NCBI GenBank assembly: GCA_036279355.1
Contig: DASUJH010000024.1
Location: forward strand, 67,375-131,374
Direction of reading: 5' to 3'
DNA length: 64,000 bases
DNA from: Gemmatimonadales bacterium
Lineage (GTDB): Bacteria > Gemmatimonadota > Gemmatimonadetes > Gemmatimonadales > GWC2-71-9
The stretch's first letter is position 1, and each line of letters opens with the position of its first letter. The translations under genes were made by a program, and so were the position numbers. The notes below the pieces were generated by a model, which was not told where the DNA came from, made no database searches, and saw nothing but the letters and a program-made list of their open reading frames with translations. Below, piece by piece: positions 53,866 through 64,000 of this stretch.

Positions 53866-53967
53866 GCAAGATATGTCAGATCTGCACTGCTCGATCAACG
53901 TAGATTCATTTGTTGATACTTATGCTGAAAATATGGATATTATGACTGCACTATTAGCACGATCTGC

Positions 53968-53996
53968 TTGACAGCCTGCAACTCACCCATTATTCT
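53968..53996 (+). promoter_or_regulatory. Near-consensus sigma70 promoter TTGACA-N17-TATTCT directed toward glnA
   Basis: Counted from the TGA at 53969-71 to glnA ATG 54075. The -10 hexamer ends 78 nt before the ATG. Confidence 0.45.
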
Positions 53997-54074
53997 CTCC
54001 CCCACGCCCGGCAGCGCCCAAAGCGCCGTCCGGCGGGCCACCGAATACCACCCATTCACGGCTCGCGAGGTCCC

Positions 54075-55538
54075 ATGAGCACCACGGTCAGGCCCAGGGC
54101 TCCCCTCCGCACCGCGCCATCGAGCGACGCCGCGGCACTCCTCCAGTTGCTCAAGGACCGAAAAATCCAGGTCGTGGACGTGAAGTTCTGCGACCTGCCG
54201 GGCACGTGGCAGCACTTCTCGATCCCGGCGGCCACGCTCGACGCCGAGATGCTCAAGGAGGGGCTCGGGTTCGACGGCTCGTCGATTCGCGGCTTTCAGG
54301 CGATCAACGAGAGCGACATGCTGCTCGTGCCCGACGTGTCCACCGCGTTCATCGATCCGGTGCTCGAGGTGCCGACGCTCTCGCTCACCTGCGATATCTA
54401 CGACCCGGTCACGCTGGAGCCCTACTCGCGCGACCCCCGCTTCATCGCCTTCAAGGCCGAGGAATACCTCAGGACGACAGGCATCGCGACCGCCTGCTAC
54501 TGGGGCCCCGAGGCCGAGTTCTTCATTTTCAACTCGGTGCGCTTCGACCAGAACGCGTTCGAGGCGTATTACCATATCGATTCGGACGAGGGGATCTGGA
54601 ATTCGGGGTCCAACGGAAAGCCGAACCTGGGCCACCGGCCGCGCCACAAGGAGGGCTACTTCCCGGTGCCACCCGCCGACCGGCTGCAGGACGTGCGCTC
54701 GAAGATCATGCTGGCACTCATCGAGGCCGGGGTGCCGGTCGAGGTGCAGCATCACGAGGTAGCCACGGCGGGACAGGCGGAAATCGACTTCCGCTTCGGC
54801 ACGCTGGTCCAGACGGCCGACCGCCTGCTGGTCTACAAGTACATCGTGAAGAACGTCTGCCACAGCCTGGGCTACACGGCCACGTTCATGCCCAAGCCTC
54901 TCTTCGGTGACAACGGGTCCGGCATGCACGTGCACCAGTCGCTCTGGAAGGGCGACGAAAACCTCTTCTTCGACGAGAAGGGCTACGCGCTCCTGTCGGA
55001 GACGGCCCGGCACTACATCGGGGGTCTCCTCGCCCACGCGCCGGCGCTGCTTGCGCTCTGCGCGCCGACCACCAATAGCTACCGGCGGCTGGTGCCGGGC
55101 TTCGAGGCACCGGTCAACCTCATGTACTCGGCGCGGAACCGCTCGGCGATCTGCCGGATCCCGTGCTACTCGTCGAGCCCCAAGGCACGCCGCGTGGAGT
55201 TCCGCGCGCCTGATCCCACTGCCAACCCGTACCTCGCGTTTTCGGCGATGCTCATGGCCGGCCTCGATGGCATCACGCGGAGGCTCGAGCCGCCCGCCCC
55301 GATCGACGAGGACCTGTACGAGCTACACGACGAGCGCAAGGCGACGATCAAGACCGTGCCCGGGAGCCTCGCCGAGGCGCTCGATGCGCTCGAGCGCGAC
55401 CACGAGTTCCTGCTGGCCGGCGATGTCTTCACGCCGGACGTGATCGCTACCTGGATCGGCTACAAGCGGGCGAAGGACGTCGCGGCCGTGAGCTTGCGGC
55501 CGCATCCGTACGAGTTCTTCCTCTACTACGACGCGTAG
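54075..55538 (+). CDS. glnA: Glutamine synthetase, type I
   Basis: ORF 54075..55538. [35 protein letters not shown] and [13 protein letters not shown] motifs. Confidence 0.95.
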   Translation: MSTTVRPRAPLRTAPSSDAAALLQLLKDRKIQVVDVKFCDLPGTWQHFSIPAATLDAEMLKEGLGFDGSSIRGFQAINESDMLLVPDVSTAFIDPVLEVPTLSLTCDIYDPVTLEPYSRDPRFIAFKAEEYLRTTGIATACYWGPEAEFFIFNSVRFDQNAFEAYYHIDSDEGIWNSGSNGKPNLGHRPRHKEGYFPVPPADRLQDVRSKIMLALIEAGVPVEVQHHEVATAGQAEIDFRFGTLVQTADRLLVYKYIVKNVCHSLGYTATFMPKPLFGDNGSGMHVHQSLWKGDENLFFDEKGYALLSETARHYIGGLLAHAPALLALCAPTTNSYRRLVPGFEAPVNLMYSARNRSAICRIPCYSSSPKARRVEFRAPDPTANPYLAFSAMLMAGLDGITRRLEPPAPIDEDLYELHDERKATIKTVPGSLAEALDALERDHEFLLAGDVFTPDVIATWIGYKRAKDVAAVSLRPHPYEFFLYYDA

Positions 55539-55630
55539 GCACGCGGCGTGGGATCGGCTATTTTGGGGGTGCCCGCACGGGCGTGCCGCAGAGCTCGGCG
55601 TGCCGGGTACCCCCGAAGGAGCCAGAGAGG

Positions 55631-56026
55631 ATGAAACTGATCACCTGCATCATTCGGCCGGAGCGCCTTACCGAGGTGAAGGCGGCGCTTTTCCGTGCCG
55701 GGGTCACCGGCATCTCGATCAGCCGCGTAAGCGGCCACGGCGGCGAGCGAGACCTGGTGGAGCACTACCGTGCGTCGTCGATCGTGCTCGAGTTCCGCGA
55801 GAAGGTGAAGATCGAGATCGCTGTTTCGGACCCGTTCGTCGAGCCCACGATCAACGCCATCCTCACCTCGGCCCGTACCGGCGAGGTGGGAGACGGCAAG
55901 ATCTTCGTCCAGGCGCTGGAGCAGGTCATCCGCATCCGGACGGGCGAGACGGCGAACGCCGCGCTGACGCCGGTCACTGCCGACGAAGTGCAGCGGAGCG
56001 CGTTGCAGGCAGCCGGCTCGAAGTGA
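55631..56026 (+). CDS. glnB: P-II family nitrogen regulatory protein (variant T-loop, C-terminal extension)
   Basis: ORF 55583..56026 trimmed to ATG 55631, which follows [31 protein letters not shown] pattern. Confidence 0.9.
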   Translation: MKLITCIIRPERLTEVKAALFRAGVTGISISRVSGHGGERDLVEHYRASSIVLEFREKVKIEIAVSDPFVEPTINAILTSARTGEVGDGKIFVQALEQVIRIRTGETANAALTPVTADEVQRSALQAAGSK

Positions 56027-56049
56027 CGCGCTCAGCCGAATCGTTCCAT

Positions 56050-57726
56050 ATGGCCCATGAACTGCGCAGCCGCGAGATCACGGGAGGCCTTGAGCGCGCC
56101 CCCAACCGCGCCATGCTCCGCGCCGTCGGCTTCGGCGACGGCGATTTCTCCAAGCCCATCGTCGGCATCGCCAACGGATACAGCACGATCACACCCTGCA
56201 ACGCGGGGCTCGACCTGCTCGCGCACCGAGCCGAGGCGGCCGTGCGCGCGGCCGGCGGCATGCCGCAGCTCTTCGGCACCATCACGGTGAGCGACGGAAT
56301 CTCGATGGGCACCGAGGGGATGAAGTACTCCCTCGTCTCCCGCGAGGTGATCGCCGATTCGATCGAGACCGCCTGCGGCGCGCAGCGGATGGACGGCGTC
56401 GTTGCGATCGGGGGCTGCGACAAGAACATGCCGGGCGCCATGATCGCCATCGCCCGCATGAACATTCCGGCCATCTTCGTTTACGGCGGCACCATCAAGC
56501 CGGGCCATCTCGACGGGCGCGATCTCACCGTCGTGAGCGCGTTCGAAGCGGTCGGGCAGTTCAGCGCCGGACGCATCGGCGCCGACGAGCTGCTCGCCGT
56601 GGAGCGGCACGCCTGCCCCGGCCGTGGGTCGTGTGGCGGGATGTACACCGCCAACACGATGTCGTCGGTGATCGAGGCCATGGGCATGAGCCTCCCGGGC
56701 TCATCCACCATGGCCGCCGAGGACGTCGAAAAGGAAGAGAGCGCCGCTCGCTCGGGCGAAGTGCTGATGACGGCCGTCCGCCGCCAGTTGCTCCCCCGGC
56801 AGATCCTCACCCGGAAGGCTTTCGAGAACGGAATCAGCGTGGTGATGGCGCTCGGCGGCTCGACCAACGCGGTGCTGCACCTGCTCGCCATGGCGCGCGC
56901 GGCCGAGGTGCCGCTCACCCTCGACGATTTCGAGACCATCCGCGCACGCGTGCCGGTGCTTGCCGATCTCAAGCCGTCGGGCCGGTTCGTCGCGACCGAT
57001 CTGCACCGGGCCGGCGGCGTGCCGCAGGTGACGCGGATGCTGCTGGCGCACGGCCTGCTGCACGGCGACGCGCTTACCATCACCGGCGAAACGGTGGCGC
57101 AGGTGCTGCGCGACGTGCCCGACGAGCCGCCGGCGGAGCAGGAGGTGGTCCGGCCGTGGCGCCGCCCGGTGTACCCGCAGGGGCACCTCGCAATCCTGCG
57201 AGGCAACCTCGCGACCGAAGGCGCCGTCGCCAAGATCACGGGCGTCAAGACGCCGCGCATGACCGGCCCCGCCCGCGTGTTCGAATCCGAGGAAACGTGC
57301 CTCGAGGCGATTCTGGCCGGGAGCATTCGCCCCGGCGACGTCCTCGTGATCCGCTACGAGGGCCCGCGCGGCGGCCCCGGCATGCGGGAAATGCTGGCGC
57401 CCACGTCCGCCATCATCGGCGCCGGGCTCGGCGACAGCGTCGGGCTCATCACCGATGGGCGCTTCTCAGGAGGGACGTACGGGATGGTGGTGGGCCACGT
57501 CGCGCCCGAAGCCGCGGTCGGCGGTGCCATCGCGCTGGTGCACGATGGCGACCCGATCACGATCGACGCCGAGCGCCGGTTGCTACACCTCGAGTTGTCG
57601 GACGAGGTTCTGGCGCAACGGCGCGCCGAGTGGCGCGCGCCCGCGCCGCGCTACCGCGCGGGTGTGCTGCACAAGTATGCCCGGCAGGTCTCGAGCGCGA
57701 GCCTCGGCGCGGTGACCGATCTCTAA
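56050..57726 (+). CDS. ilvD: Dihydroxy-acid dehydratase
   Basis: In frame within ORF 55600..57726, starting at ATG 56050 ([28 protein letters not shown]). CDKNMPG motif. Confidence 0.95.
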   Translation: MAHELRSREITGGLERAPNRAMLRAVGFGDGDFSKPIVGIANGYSTITPCNAGLDLLAHRAEAAVRAAGGMPQLFGTITVSDGISMGTEGMKYSLVSREVIADSIETACGAQRMDGVVAIGGCDKNMPGAMIAIARMNIPAIFVYGGTIKPGHLDGRDLTVVSAFEAVGQFSAGRIGADELLAVERHACPGRGSCGGMYTANTMSSVIEAMGMSLPGSSTMAAEDVEKEESAARSGEVLMTAVRRQLLPRQILTRKAFENGISVVMALGGSTNAVLHLLAMARAAEVPLTLDDFETIRARVPVLADLKPSGRFVATDLHRAGGVPQVTRMLLAHGLLHGDALTITGETVAQVLRDVPDEPPAEQEVVRPWRRPVYPQGHLAILRGNLATEGAVAKITGVKTPRMTGPARVFESEETCLEAILAGSIRPGDVLVIRYEGPRGGPGMREMLAPTSAIIGAGLGDSVGLITDGRFSGGTYGMVVGHVAPEAAVGGAIALVHDGDPITIDAERRLLHLELSDEVLAQRRAEWRAPAPRYRAGVLHKYARQVSSASLGAVTDL

Positions 57727-57766
57727 CCCATCGAAACGCGCCGGCCTCGCGCGCGATCCTTTCTAG

Positions 57767-58867
57767 CTACTTCGCGACGGATCGGCCGCTCTTTGCAGCC
57801 GCCGGCGCAATCAAAGCCCGTACAACCAGCGCGCCGAACTCACGCGTGCCGACGCTCGGCTCGCCTGGGCGCGCGAGGTCGCGGGTGCGGACACCCTCGT
57901 CGAGAACCCGCCGGATGGCGCCCTCTACCAGGTCCGCCGCTTCGGTCAGGCCGAGGCCGTGACGAAGCAGCAGCGCCGCCGACGCGATCGCTCCGATCGG
58001 ATTGGCGATGCCCGTTCCCGCAATGTCAGGCGCGGAGCCGTGGACCGGCTCGAACAGGCCCGCGCCGCCGCCGAGCGATGCCGACGGCAGGAGACCGAGG
58101 GAGCCGGCGAGCACCGCGGCCTCGTCGCTCAGGATGTCGCCGAACATGTTCTCTGTGACCAGCACGTCGATGGCGGCCGGCTGCGCCACGAGCCGCATCG
58201 CGGCAAAGTCCACGTAGAGGTGCTCCAGCCTCACGTCGGGATACTCGGCTCCGATGCGGGTCAGGGTTTCGCGCCAGAGCTGGGAAACCTCGAGCACGTT
58301 GGCCTTGTCGACGGAGGTCACCTGGCGCCGGCGGGTCCGCGCGGCCTCGAATGCGACGCGCGCCACCCGCTCGATCTCCCCGACCGTGTAGCGCAGCGTG
58401 TTGACTGCGGCGACATCGTCGCGCCCGCGAGGCTCTCCGTAGTAGAGTCCGCCGGTGAGCTCACGCACGATCAGCAGGTCGACGCCGGCGAGTCGCTCGG
58501 GCCGGAGCGGCGAGGCGTGCGCGAGCCCCGGGTGCACCGCCACCGGCCGCAGGTTGGCAAAGGCGCCGAGCGACTTGCGCAGTGCCAGGAGCCCGGCCTC
58601 GGGCCGATGCTGGCGTGGCGCCTGGTCCATCGCCGGATCGCCGACGGCGCCGAGGAGCACGGCATCCGCATCCCCGACGGCGGCCCGCGTGGCCGGCGGG
58701 AAGGGGTCGCCAAGCTCACGGTACGCGCGCGCGCCGATCGGGAATTCGGGCGTCTCGAATCGATGATCGAACAGTTCCGCCACGGCCCGGAGCACCCGAA
58801 CGGCCTCCGCCGTCACCTCGGGCCCGATGCCGTCGCCGGGGAGCACGGCGATGGTGCAGGTGCTCAT
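57767..58867 (-). CDS. leuB: 3-isopropylmalate dehydrogenase
   Basis: ORF 57767..59233 trimmed to ATG 58867 ([13 protein letters not shown]). [26 protein letters not shown] motif. Confidence 0.95.
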   Translation of the reverse strand: MSTCTIAVLPGDGIGPEVTAEAVRVLRAVAELFDHRFETPEFPIGARAYRELGDPFPPATRAAVGDADAVLLGAVGDPAMDQAPRQHRPEAGLLALRKSLGAFANLRPVAVHPGLAHASPLRPERLAGVDLLIVRELTGGLYYGEPRGRDDVAAVNTLRYTVGEIERVARVAFEAARTRRRQVTSVDKANVLEVSQLWRETLTRIGAEYPDVRLEHLYVDFAAMRLVAQPAAIDVLVTENMFGDILSDEAAVLAGSLGLLPSASLGGGAGLFEPVHGSAPDIAGTGIANPIGAIASAALLLRHGLGLTEAADLVEGAIRRVLDEGVRTRDLARPGEPSVGTREFGALVVRALIAPAAAKSGRSVAK

Positions 58868-58991
58868 GCAGCGCCGTGCTGGCTGCAGCGACCGGCGGTG
58901 GTCCACCGCCGCCAGGTTATATTGCGCGGGTCCATTCCCTCTCCTTCCATGCAGCCCATACGACGGCGCCCGACGTTGGTGTGACCCATCG

Positions 58992-60443
58992 ATGAGCGCG
59001 GACGCCGCACGCGAGCCGCTCCCGTCGCCGATCGCGACGTCCGCCGACGCCTCCGTCCAGGCCAAGCGCGGCCTCCGCCGCGTGATGGGGCTGAGCGACG
59101 TCGTGCTCTTCTTCATCGCGGCGGTCGTCGGCCCGCGCTGGATCGCGGTCGCCGCGGCGGCCGGGCCGAGCTCGCTCGTAGTATGGTTCATCGCCGGACT
59201 CACGTTCTTCATCCCGCACGCGTTCACCGTCATCGAGCTCTCGTCCCGCTATCCGGAACAGGGCGGCATTTACGTCTGGAGCAAGCGCGCATTCGGTGAC
59301 TTCGCGGGCTTCCTCACCGGCTGGATGTACTGGACCAGCAACCTCGTCTACTTCCCCGGCTTGCTTTACTTCGCCGCCGGCAACGCGCTCTTCATCGGCG
59401 GCGCCAGTTGGCAGGCGCTGTCCGGCTCGGCGACGTACTTCATCATCGCGTCGCTGGTGATGCTCGCCGTTGCCGTGGGGCTCAACCTGATCGGCCTTGA
59501 TGTCGGCAAGTGGCTGCAGAATGCCGGCGCGTTCGGCACCTGGATTCCGGTCGCGATTCTGGTCGTGCTGGGCGGATTCGCGTGGATCCATTTCGGCGCC
59601 GCCGCGCCGATCAACCCGCACACGCTCGCGCCCAGCTTTCGGTTGAAGGACCTGGTCTTCTGGTCCACGCTCGCCTTCGGCTTCGGCGGCCTCGAGTCGG
59701 CGTCGCTCATGAGCGAGGAGATCCACGACGCTCGGCGCACCGTGCCGCGCGCCATCGTGATCGCCGGCGTGATGATAGCCGCCATCTACATCCTCGGCAC
59801 GCTGGCCATCGTGCTCGCGCTTCCGCCCGGCGAGGCCACGGGGCTGCAAGGGATCATGCAGGCGGTGCAGCAGACGGCCCGGCGCGGCGGCGTGGCGGGT
59901 ATCGCGCCTGTCGTGGCGTTGCTCATCACGATCGGCAGCATCGGCGGGGTGGGTGCGTGGACGGCGTCGACCGCGCGGCTCCCGTTCGTGGCCGGCATCG
60001 ACAGTTACCTGCCACCGGTGTTCGGGCGCCTCCACCCCAAATGGGCCACGCCGTACGTGGCGATGCTGGTCCAGGCCGTGGTCGCCGGTTGCTTTGCGGT
60101 GCTCGGGCAGGCGGGGGCCTCGGTCAAGAACGCCTATGATTTCCTGGTGAGCATGGGCGTGATCTCGTTCTTCATTCCCTACCTTTTCATGTTCGCCTCG
60201 CTCATCCGGGTGCAGAGCGTACCGGCCCCGCCGGGCACACAGCGCGTGCCCGGCGGATCGGGAGTGGCACGGGTGCTGGGCGGGCTCGGATTCCTGGTCA
60301 CGGCCGGGTCGATCGTGCTCTCGTTCATTCCCGCGGCCGACGATCCGCACCCGACGCTCACGGTGGTGAAGATCGCCGTGGCAACGTCCATCGTGGTGGG
60401 CACCGGCGCGCTGCTCTACGCGCGGGGACGACGTCACGTCTGA
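58992..60443 (+). CDS. APC-family amino acid permease
   Basis: ORF 58827..60443 trimmed to ATG 58992. About 12 TM segments. [21 protein letters not shown] motif. Confidence 0.9.
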   Translation: MSADAAREPLPSPIATSADASVQAKRGLRRVMGLSDVVLFFIAAVVGPRWIAVAAAAGPSSLVVWFIAGLTFFIPHAFTVIELSSRYPEQGGIYVWSKRAFGDFAGFLTGWMYWTSNLVYFPGLLYFAAGNALFIGGASWQALSGSATYFIIASLVMLAVAVGLNLIGLDVGKWLQNAGAFGTWIPVAILVVLGGFAWIHFGAAAPINPHTLAPSFRLKDLVFWSTLAFGFGGLESASLMSEEIHDARRTVPRAIVIAGVMIAAIYILGTLAIVLALPPGEATGLQGIMQAVQQTARRGGVAGIAPVVALLITIGSIGGVGAWTASTARLPFVAGIDSYLPPVFGRLHPKWATPYVAMLVQAVVAGCFAVLGQAGASVKNAYDFLVSMGVISFFIPYLFMFASLIRVQSVPAPPGTQRVPGGSGVARVLGGLGFLVTAGSIVLSFIPAADDPHPTLTVVKIAVATSIVVGTGALLYARGRRHV

Positions 60444-61048
60444 TTCTGCGCGCTGACGAGCCGCCGCTCGTACGCGGCGATCCGCGGCTCCTCCCTGAGC
60501 GTCATCCCGATCTCGTCAAGCCCCGCGAGCAGCATTCCTCGGCGATACGGATCCATCGCGAAATCGGCTACGAAGCCGGTCGGGTCGGTGACACGGCACG
60601 CCTCGAGATCCACCGTGACGGTGTAGCCGCCCGCGGCAGCGGGCGCGGCAGCCCTGGCGAGGAGCGTTGCGATCTCCTCCGGCGTGAGTCGCACCGGGAG
60701 CAGCCCGTTCTGGCAGCAGTTGTTGTAGAAGATGTCGGCGAACGAAGGCGCGAGGATAGCGCGGAAACCATATTCGCCGAGCGCCCACGGGGCATGCTCG
60801 CGGCTCGACCCGCAGCCGAAGTTCTCACCCGCGACGAGGATGGTGGCGCCTCGCGCACGCGGGTGGTTCAGCTCGAATGCCGGGTCGGGCGTGCCATCCG
60901 GGCGATGCCGCCAATCGTTGAACAGGAACTCGCCGAATCCGGTGCGCTCGACGCGCTTCAGGAACTGCTTCGGAATGATCTGATCGGTGTCGACGTTCAC
61001 GCGCGGCAGTGCCGCCGCGCGCCCGGTGTGCACGGTAAATGGCCTCAT
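60434..61048 (-). CDS. leuD: 3-isopropylmalate dehydratase small subunit
   Basis: ORF 60434..61048. [32 protein letters not shown] motifs. Confidence 0.95.
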   Translation of the reverse strand: MRPFTVHTGRAAALPRVNVDTDQIIPKQFLKRVERTGFGEFLFNDWRHRPDGTPDPAFELNHPRARGATILVAGENFGCGSSREHAPWALGEYGFRAILAPSFADIFYNNCCQNGLLPVRLTPEEIATLLARAAAPAAAGGYTVTVDLEACRVTDPTGFVADFAMDPYRRGMLLAGLDEIGMTLREEPRIAAYERRLVSAQNQT

Positions 61049-62451
61049 GCCAGGAGCTCCCGCACGTCGGTAAGCGCGCCAGCAATGGCGGCCGCGGCGG
61101 CCATCTCGGGGCTCATCAGGTGGGTCCGGCCGCCCTTGCCCTGCCGTCCCTCGAAGTTGCGGTTGGACGTCGATGCGCAGCGCTCGCCGACCCCCAACAC
61201 GTCGTCATTCATGCCGAGGCACATCGAGCAGCCCGCGTTGCGCCACTCGAAGCCCGCCGCCCGGAAGATCCGGTCAAGTCCCTCGCGCTCGGCGTCCGTC
61301 TTGATCCGCATCGAGCCGGGTACGGCCATCGCCCGGACGCCGGGTGCCACCCTGCGGCCCTCGATAACGCGCGCGGCGGCTCGCAGATCGTCCAGCCGTC
61401 CGTTGGTGCAGGAGCCGACGAAGACGCGATCGACCGGCACGCCCTCGAGCGGCGTGCCGGGGGCGAGCCCCATGTATTCGAGCGCGCGCTCGACGGCCCT
61501 GCGGTCGCCCTCCGCGGCGAACGCATCGGGGCTCGGCACCCGGGCCGTGATGTCTCCGACCATGCCGGGGTTGGTGCCCCAGGTGACCTGCGGCGCGAGC
61601 GCCCTCGTGTCGAGCTCGACTACGCGGTCGTAGCGCGCACCGGCATCGGTCGCGAGCTCGCGCCACTCGGCCACGGCCTCGCGCCACGCAGTACCGCCGG
61701 GAGCGCGGGCCCGCCCTTCGAGCCATGCGAACGTCACGTCATCCGGCGCGATCATGCCGGCGCGCGCGCCCGCCTCGATCGACATGTTGCACACGGTCAT
61801 CCGGCCTTCCATCGAGAGCGCGCGGACCGCGTCGCCGGTGTACTCGATCACGTACCCAGCCGCGCCGCCGGTGCCGATCGTCCCGATGAGCGCGAGGATC
61901 AGATCCTTCGCCGTAACGCCGGCAGCGGGCCGCCCGGTGAAACGCACCTCCATCGTGCGTGGCCGCGCCTGCACCAGGCACTGGGTGGCGAGCACGTGCT
62001 CGACCTCGCTCGTGCCGATGCCGAAGGCGAGCGCGCCGAACGCGCCGTGGGTCGACGTATGCGAGTCGCCGCAGACGATCGTCATCCCGGGCTGCGTGGC
62101 GCCCATCTCGGGGCCGATCACGTGCACGATGCCCTGCCCCGGGGAGCCGAGCCCGAACAGCTCGACCGCGAACTCGCGCGCGTTCCGCTCCAGCGCGGAG
62201 ACCTGGCGAGCGGACACGGGATCGGCAATCGGCAAGCTGCGGTCGCCGGTCGAAATGTTGTGGTCGACCGTCGCGAGCGTACGTTCGGGCCGCCGTACCC
62301 GGCGCCCGGCGAGCCGGAGCCCGTCGAACGCCTGCGGTGAGGTGACCTCGTGCACCAGGTGCAGATCGATGTAGAGCAACGCCGGGCCGTCGGCCGGCTG
62401 ATGCACGACGTGCGGAGCCCAGACCTTCTCGAACAGCGTCCGGGCGGTCAT
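61045..62451 (-). CDS. leuC: 3-isopropylmalate dehydratase large subunit
   Basis: ORF 61045..62691 trimmed to ATG 62451, an ATGA overlap with the ilvC stop. [28 protein letters not shown] pattern. Confidence 0.95.
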   Translation of the reverse strand: MTARTLFEKVWAPHVVHQPADGPALLYIDLHLVHEVTSPQAFDGLRLAGRRVRRPERTLATVDHNISTGDRSLPIADPVSARQVSALERNAREFAVELFGLGSPGQGIVHVIGPEMGATQPGMTIVCGDSHTSTHGAFGALAFGIGTSEVEHVLATQCLVQARPRTMEVRFTGRPAAGVTAKDLILALIGTIGTGGAAGYVIEYTGDAVRALSMEGRMTVCNMSIEAGARAGMIAPDDVTFAWLEGRARAPGGTAWREAVAEWRELATDAGARYDRVVELDTRALAPQVTWGTNPGMVGDITARVPSPDAFAAEGDRRAVERALEYMGLAPGTPLEGVPVDRVFVGSCTNGRLDDLRAAARVIEGRRVAPGVRAMAVPGSMRIKTDAEREGLDRIFRAAGFEWRNAGCSMCLGMNDDVLGVGERCASTSNRNFEGRQGKGGRTHLMSPEMAAAAAIAGALTDVRELLA

Positions 62452-63578
62452 CGCGAGGCGGTGACGCGATCGGCCGGGCGGGCGGTCTGGCGGTCGGCGG
62501 CGCCGCCGGTGTGCGGCGCGGCATCCGCCGCACCGGCCGTCGGCGCGTTTGACCGATCCGCCGCCTTCCCTTCCTCCGACCACGGCATCATCGCCCGGAG
62601 CTTCTCGCCCACCACCTCGATGGTGTGATCGCGGTCTTCCTGCCGCATGCGATCGAAGTTGCGCCGCCCCGCGCGATTCTCCGCGAGCCACTCGCGGGCG
62701 AAGCGCCCATCCTGGATTTCGCCGAGGATGCGCTGCATCTCGGCCCGGGTCTCATCGGTGATGAGCCGCGGCCCGCGGGTGTAGTCGCCGTACTCGGCCG
62801 TGTCGCTGATCGAGTAGCGCATGAACTGCATGCCGCCCCGATACATCAGGTCGACGATGAGCTTGAGCTCGTGGAGACATTCGAAGTACGCCATTTCGGG
62901 CGAGTAGCCCGCCGCGACCAGCGTCTCGAACCCGGCCTTGATGAGCGCGGTGGCGCCGCCACAGAGCACCGCCTGCTCGCCGAAAAGGTCGGTCTCCGTT
63001 TCCTCGCGGAAGCTCGTCTCGATCACGCCGGCGCGAGTGCAGCCGATGCCCGATGCGTACGCCAGCGCGTTGGCGAGCGCCTGCCCGCTCGCGTCCTGAT
63101 GGACTGCGACGAGCCCCGGTACCCCGCGTCCTGCCTCGAACTCGCTCCGCACGAGATGCCCCGGCGATTTGGGCGCCACCATCGACACATCGACGCCCTC
63201 CGGCGGCACGATCTCGCCGTAGTGGATGTTGAACCCGTGGGCGAACATCAGCGTGTCGCCGGAACGCATGCCGGGAGCCACGTCGCGCTCGTAGATCGCC
63301 CGCATGTCCTGGTCGGGCACGAGCAGCACGATGGTGTCGGCCGCCGCGGCGGCCTCGGCGACAGGCCGCACATCGAGGCCGGCTGCCTGCGCGCGCGCCC
63401 AGGATTCGCCGCCGGGCCGAAGCCCCACGACGACCTTCGCCCCGCTCTCCCGCAGGTTGAGCGCGTGGGCATGACCCTGACTGCCGAACCCGATCACCGC
63501 AAAGCGGCGGCCGGCGAGTCGGGCGCGGTCCGCGTCCCGATCGTAGTAGACTCGCACCGACGGCGCGGGGGCGTTCAT
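62448..63578 (-). CDS. ilvC: Ketol-acid reductoisomerase (class I) with a low-complexity C-terminal tail
   Basis: ORF 62448..63578. [24 protein letters not shown] motifs. Confidence 0.95.
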   Translation of the reverse strand: MNAPAPSVRVYYDRDADRARLAGRRFAVIGFGSQGHAHALNLRESGAKVVVGLRPGGESWARAQAAGLDVRPVAEAAAAADTIVLLVPDQDMRAIYERDVAPGMRSGDTLMFAHGFNIHYGEIVPPEGVDVSMVAPKSPGHLVRSEFEAGRGVPGLVAVHQDASGQALANALAYASGIGCTRAGVIETSFREETETDLFGEQAVLCGGATALIKAGFETLVAAGYSPEMAYFECLHELKLIVDLMYRGGMQFMRYSISDTAEYGDYTRGPRLITDETRAEMQRILGEIQDGRFAREWLAENRAGRRNFDRMRQEDRDHTIEVVGEKLRAMMPWSEEGKAADRSNAPTAGAADAAPHTGGAADRQTARPADRVTASR

Positions 63579-64000
63579 GATACCGTCTCCGAAGACATGG
63601 GAAGAGGGATGCCGGGGGTGGCGTCGCGCTCGAGCGCGACGGCCCCGCTGCGCGCGAGCTCGAGCACCTCAAACCGCTCCAGCGCACGCAGGAACGAAAG
63701 CACGAATGCGTCCGAGCCGCTCACCTCGAAAATGATCGAGTCGGCCGACTCGTCGGCGATGGTCGCCTTGTAGAGGAGCGCCACGTCGAGGAGCTCCGCA
63801 TAGCGGCGCGGTGCCACCCGCACCTTGACCAGCGCCAGCTCGCGTGCAATGCCCTCGCGCGCCGGATAAGCGACGGCCTCATGCACGCCCACAACCTTGT
63901 GGAGCTGGCGCGCCATCCGGTCCGCGGTCGCCTCGTCGGTCTCTAACATGATCGTAAGCCTCGCAACACCGGGCGTGGCGCTCGACCCCACCGCGATGCT
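63575..64000 (-). CDS. ilvN: Acetolactate synthase small (regulatory) subunit; N-terminus lies beyond the window end
   Basis: The frame of ORF 63575..63991 stays open to base 64000. ..[30 protein letters not shown].. ACT-domain pattern. ATGA overlap with the ilvC start. Confidence 0.85.
   Translation of the reverse strand, partial: SIAVGSSATPGVARLTIMLETDEATADRMARQLHKVVGVHEAVAYPAREGIARELALVKVRVAPRRYAELLDVALLYKATIADESADSIIFEVSGSDAFVLSFLRALERFEVLELARSGAVALERDATPGIPLPMSSETVS

Noticed and set aside
53946-53966. A possible NtrC or sigma54 site (TGCACTATTAGCACGATCTGC) upstream of glnA
   Set aside because: The second half-site is not the inverted GGTGCA. The TAGCACG-N4-GCTTG spacing puts GC two positions away from the -12 consensus position.
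53747-53971. A 74-codon ORF (44 codons from ATG 53837) running through the AT-rich island
   Set aside because: Its first half is GC-rich sequence just upstream of the porin start. The ORF spans both promoter candidates and has no SD. By a rough estimate, an open frame of this length in one of six frames is not unlikely, so I do not call it.
1-64000. A search for CRISPR arrays, IS elements, rRNA genes, long direct or inverted repeats, and frameshifted pseudogenes
   Set aside because: I recognised none by eye. The only exact tandem repeat found is the 2 x 16 bp unit at 9603-9634. A computational repeat scan would be needed to exclude dispersed repeats.

Overview
This is a very GC-rich, gene-dense chromosomal segment from a Gram-negative-type bacterium. 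I cannot determine the phylum from the sequence; a Gemmatimonadota- or Acidobacteriota-like origin is only a guess from gene content. I support about 70 protein-coding genes and one tRNA-Ala(UGC). I recognised no rRNA, CRISPR array, transposase, integrase or phage genes. Gene content in order: a partial APC permease coupled to a tonB-exbD-exbD-exbB-tonB cluster; a divergent MarR/VOC pair with a perfect operator palindrome; a kinase-regulator-kinase two-component operon; a sod-peroxiredoxin pair; mreB; a minus-strand unit of degenerate receiver protein, Flp-type pilin, PilZ protein and GT2 glycosyltransferase; tRNA-Ala; a heme cluster hemB-L-Y-C-D-E-F; an amidohydrolase; a soxY-soxZ-MBL-rhodanese unit with a divergent ArsR regulator; an spt-like/GNAT/SDR/PAP2 lipid operon; a lipoprotein cupredoxin; a Cys-cluster protein with an ECF sigma/anti-sigma pair; a complete Alternative Complex III operon actABCDEF; a DUF protein, trmJ, an atypical PilT-like ATPase, a repeat protein and a dehydrogenase; an ABC importer without a binding protein; dinB; a porin divergent from glnA-PII across the only AT-rich island in the window; and ilvD, leuB, an APC permease, leuDC, ilvC and a partial ilvN. 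The candidates I consider most worth follow-up are: (1) the four-gene spt-GNAT-SDR-PAP2 operon, a possible ceramide/phosphosphingolipid pathway; (2) the stand-alone SoxYZ-MBL-rhodanese module with its ArsR-type regulator; (3) the auracyanin-like lipoprotein cupredoxin near ACIII, which has a perfect CRP-type site upstream; (4) the degenerate receiver-Flp-PilZ-GT2 unit; and (5) the PilT-like ATPase with a duplicated N-domain and its repeat-protein partner. Many neighbouring genes are joined by ATGA, GTGA or TGATG start/stop overlaps. The very long ORFs of up to 1439 aa in the track are codon-aligned antisense shadows of real genes. All product calls rest on motif recognition by eye, because no database search was possible.
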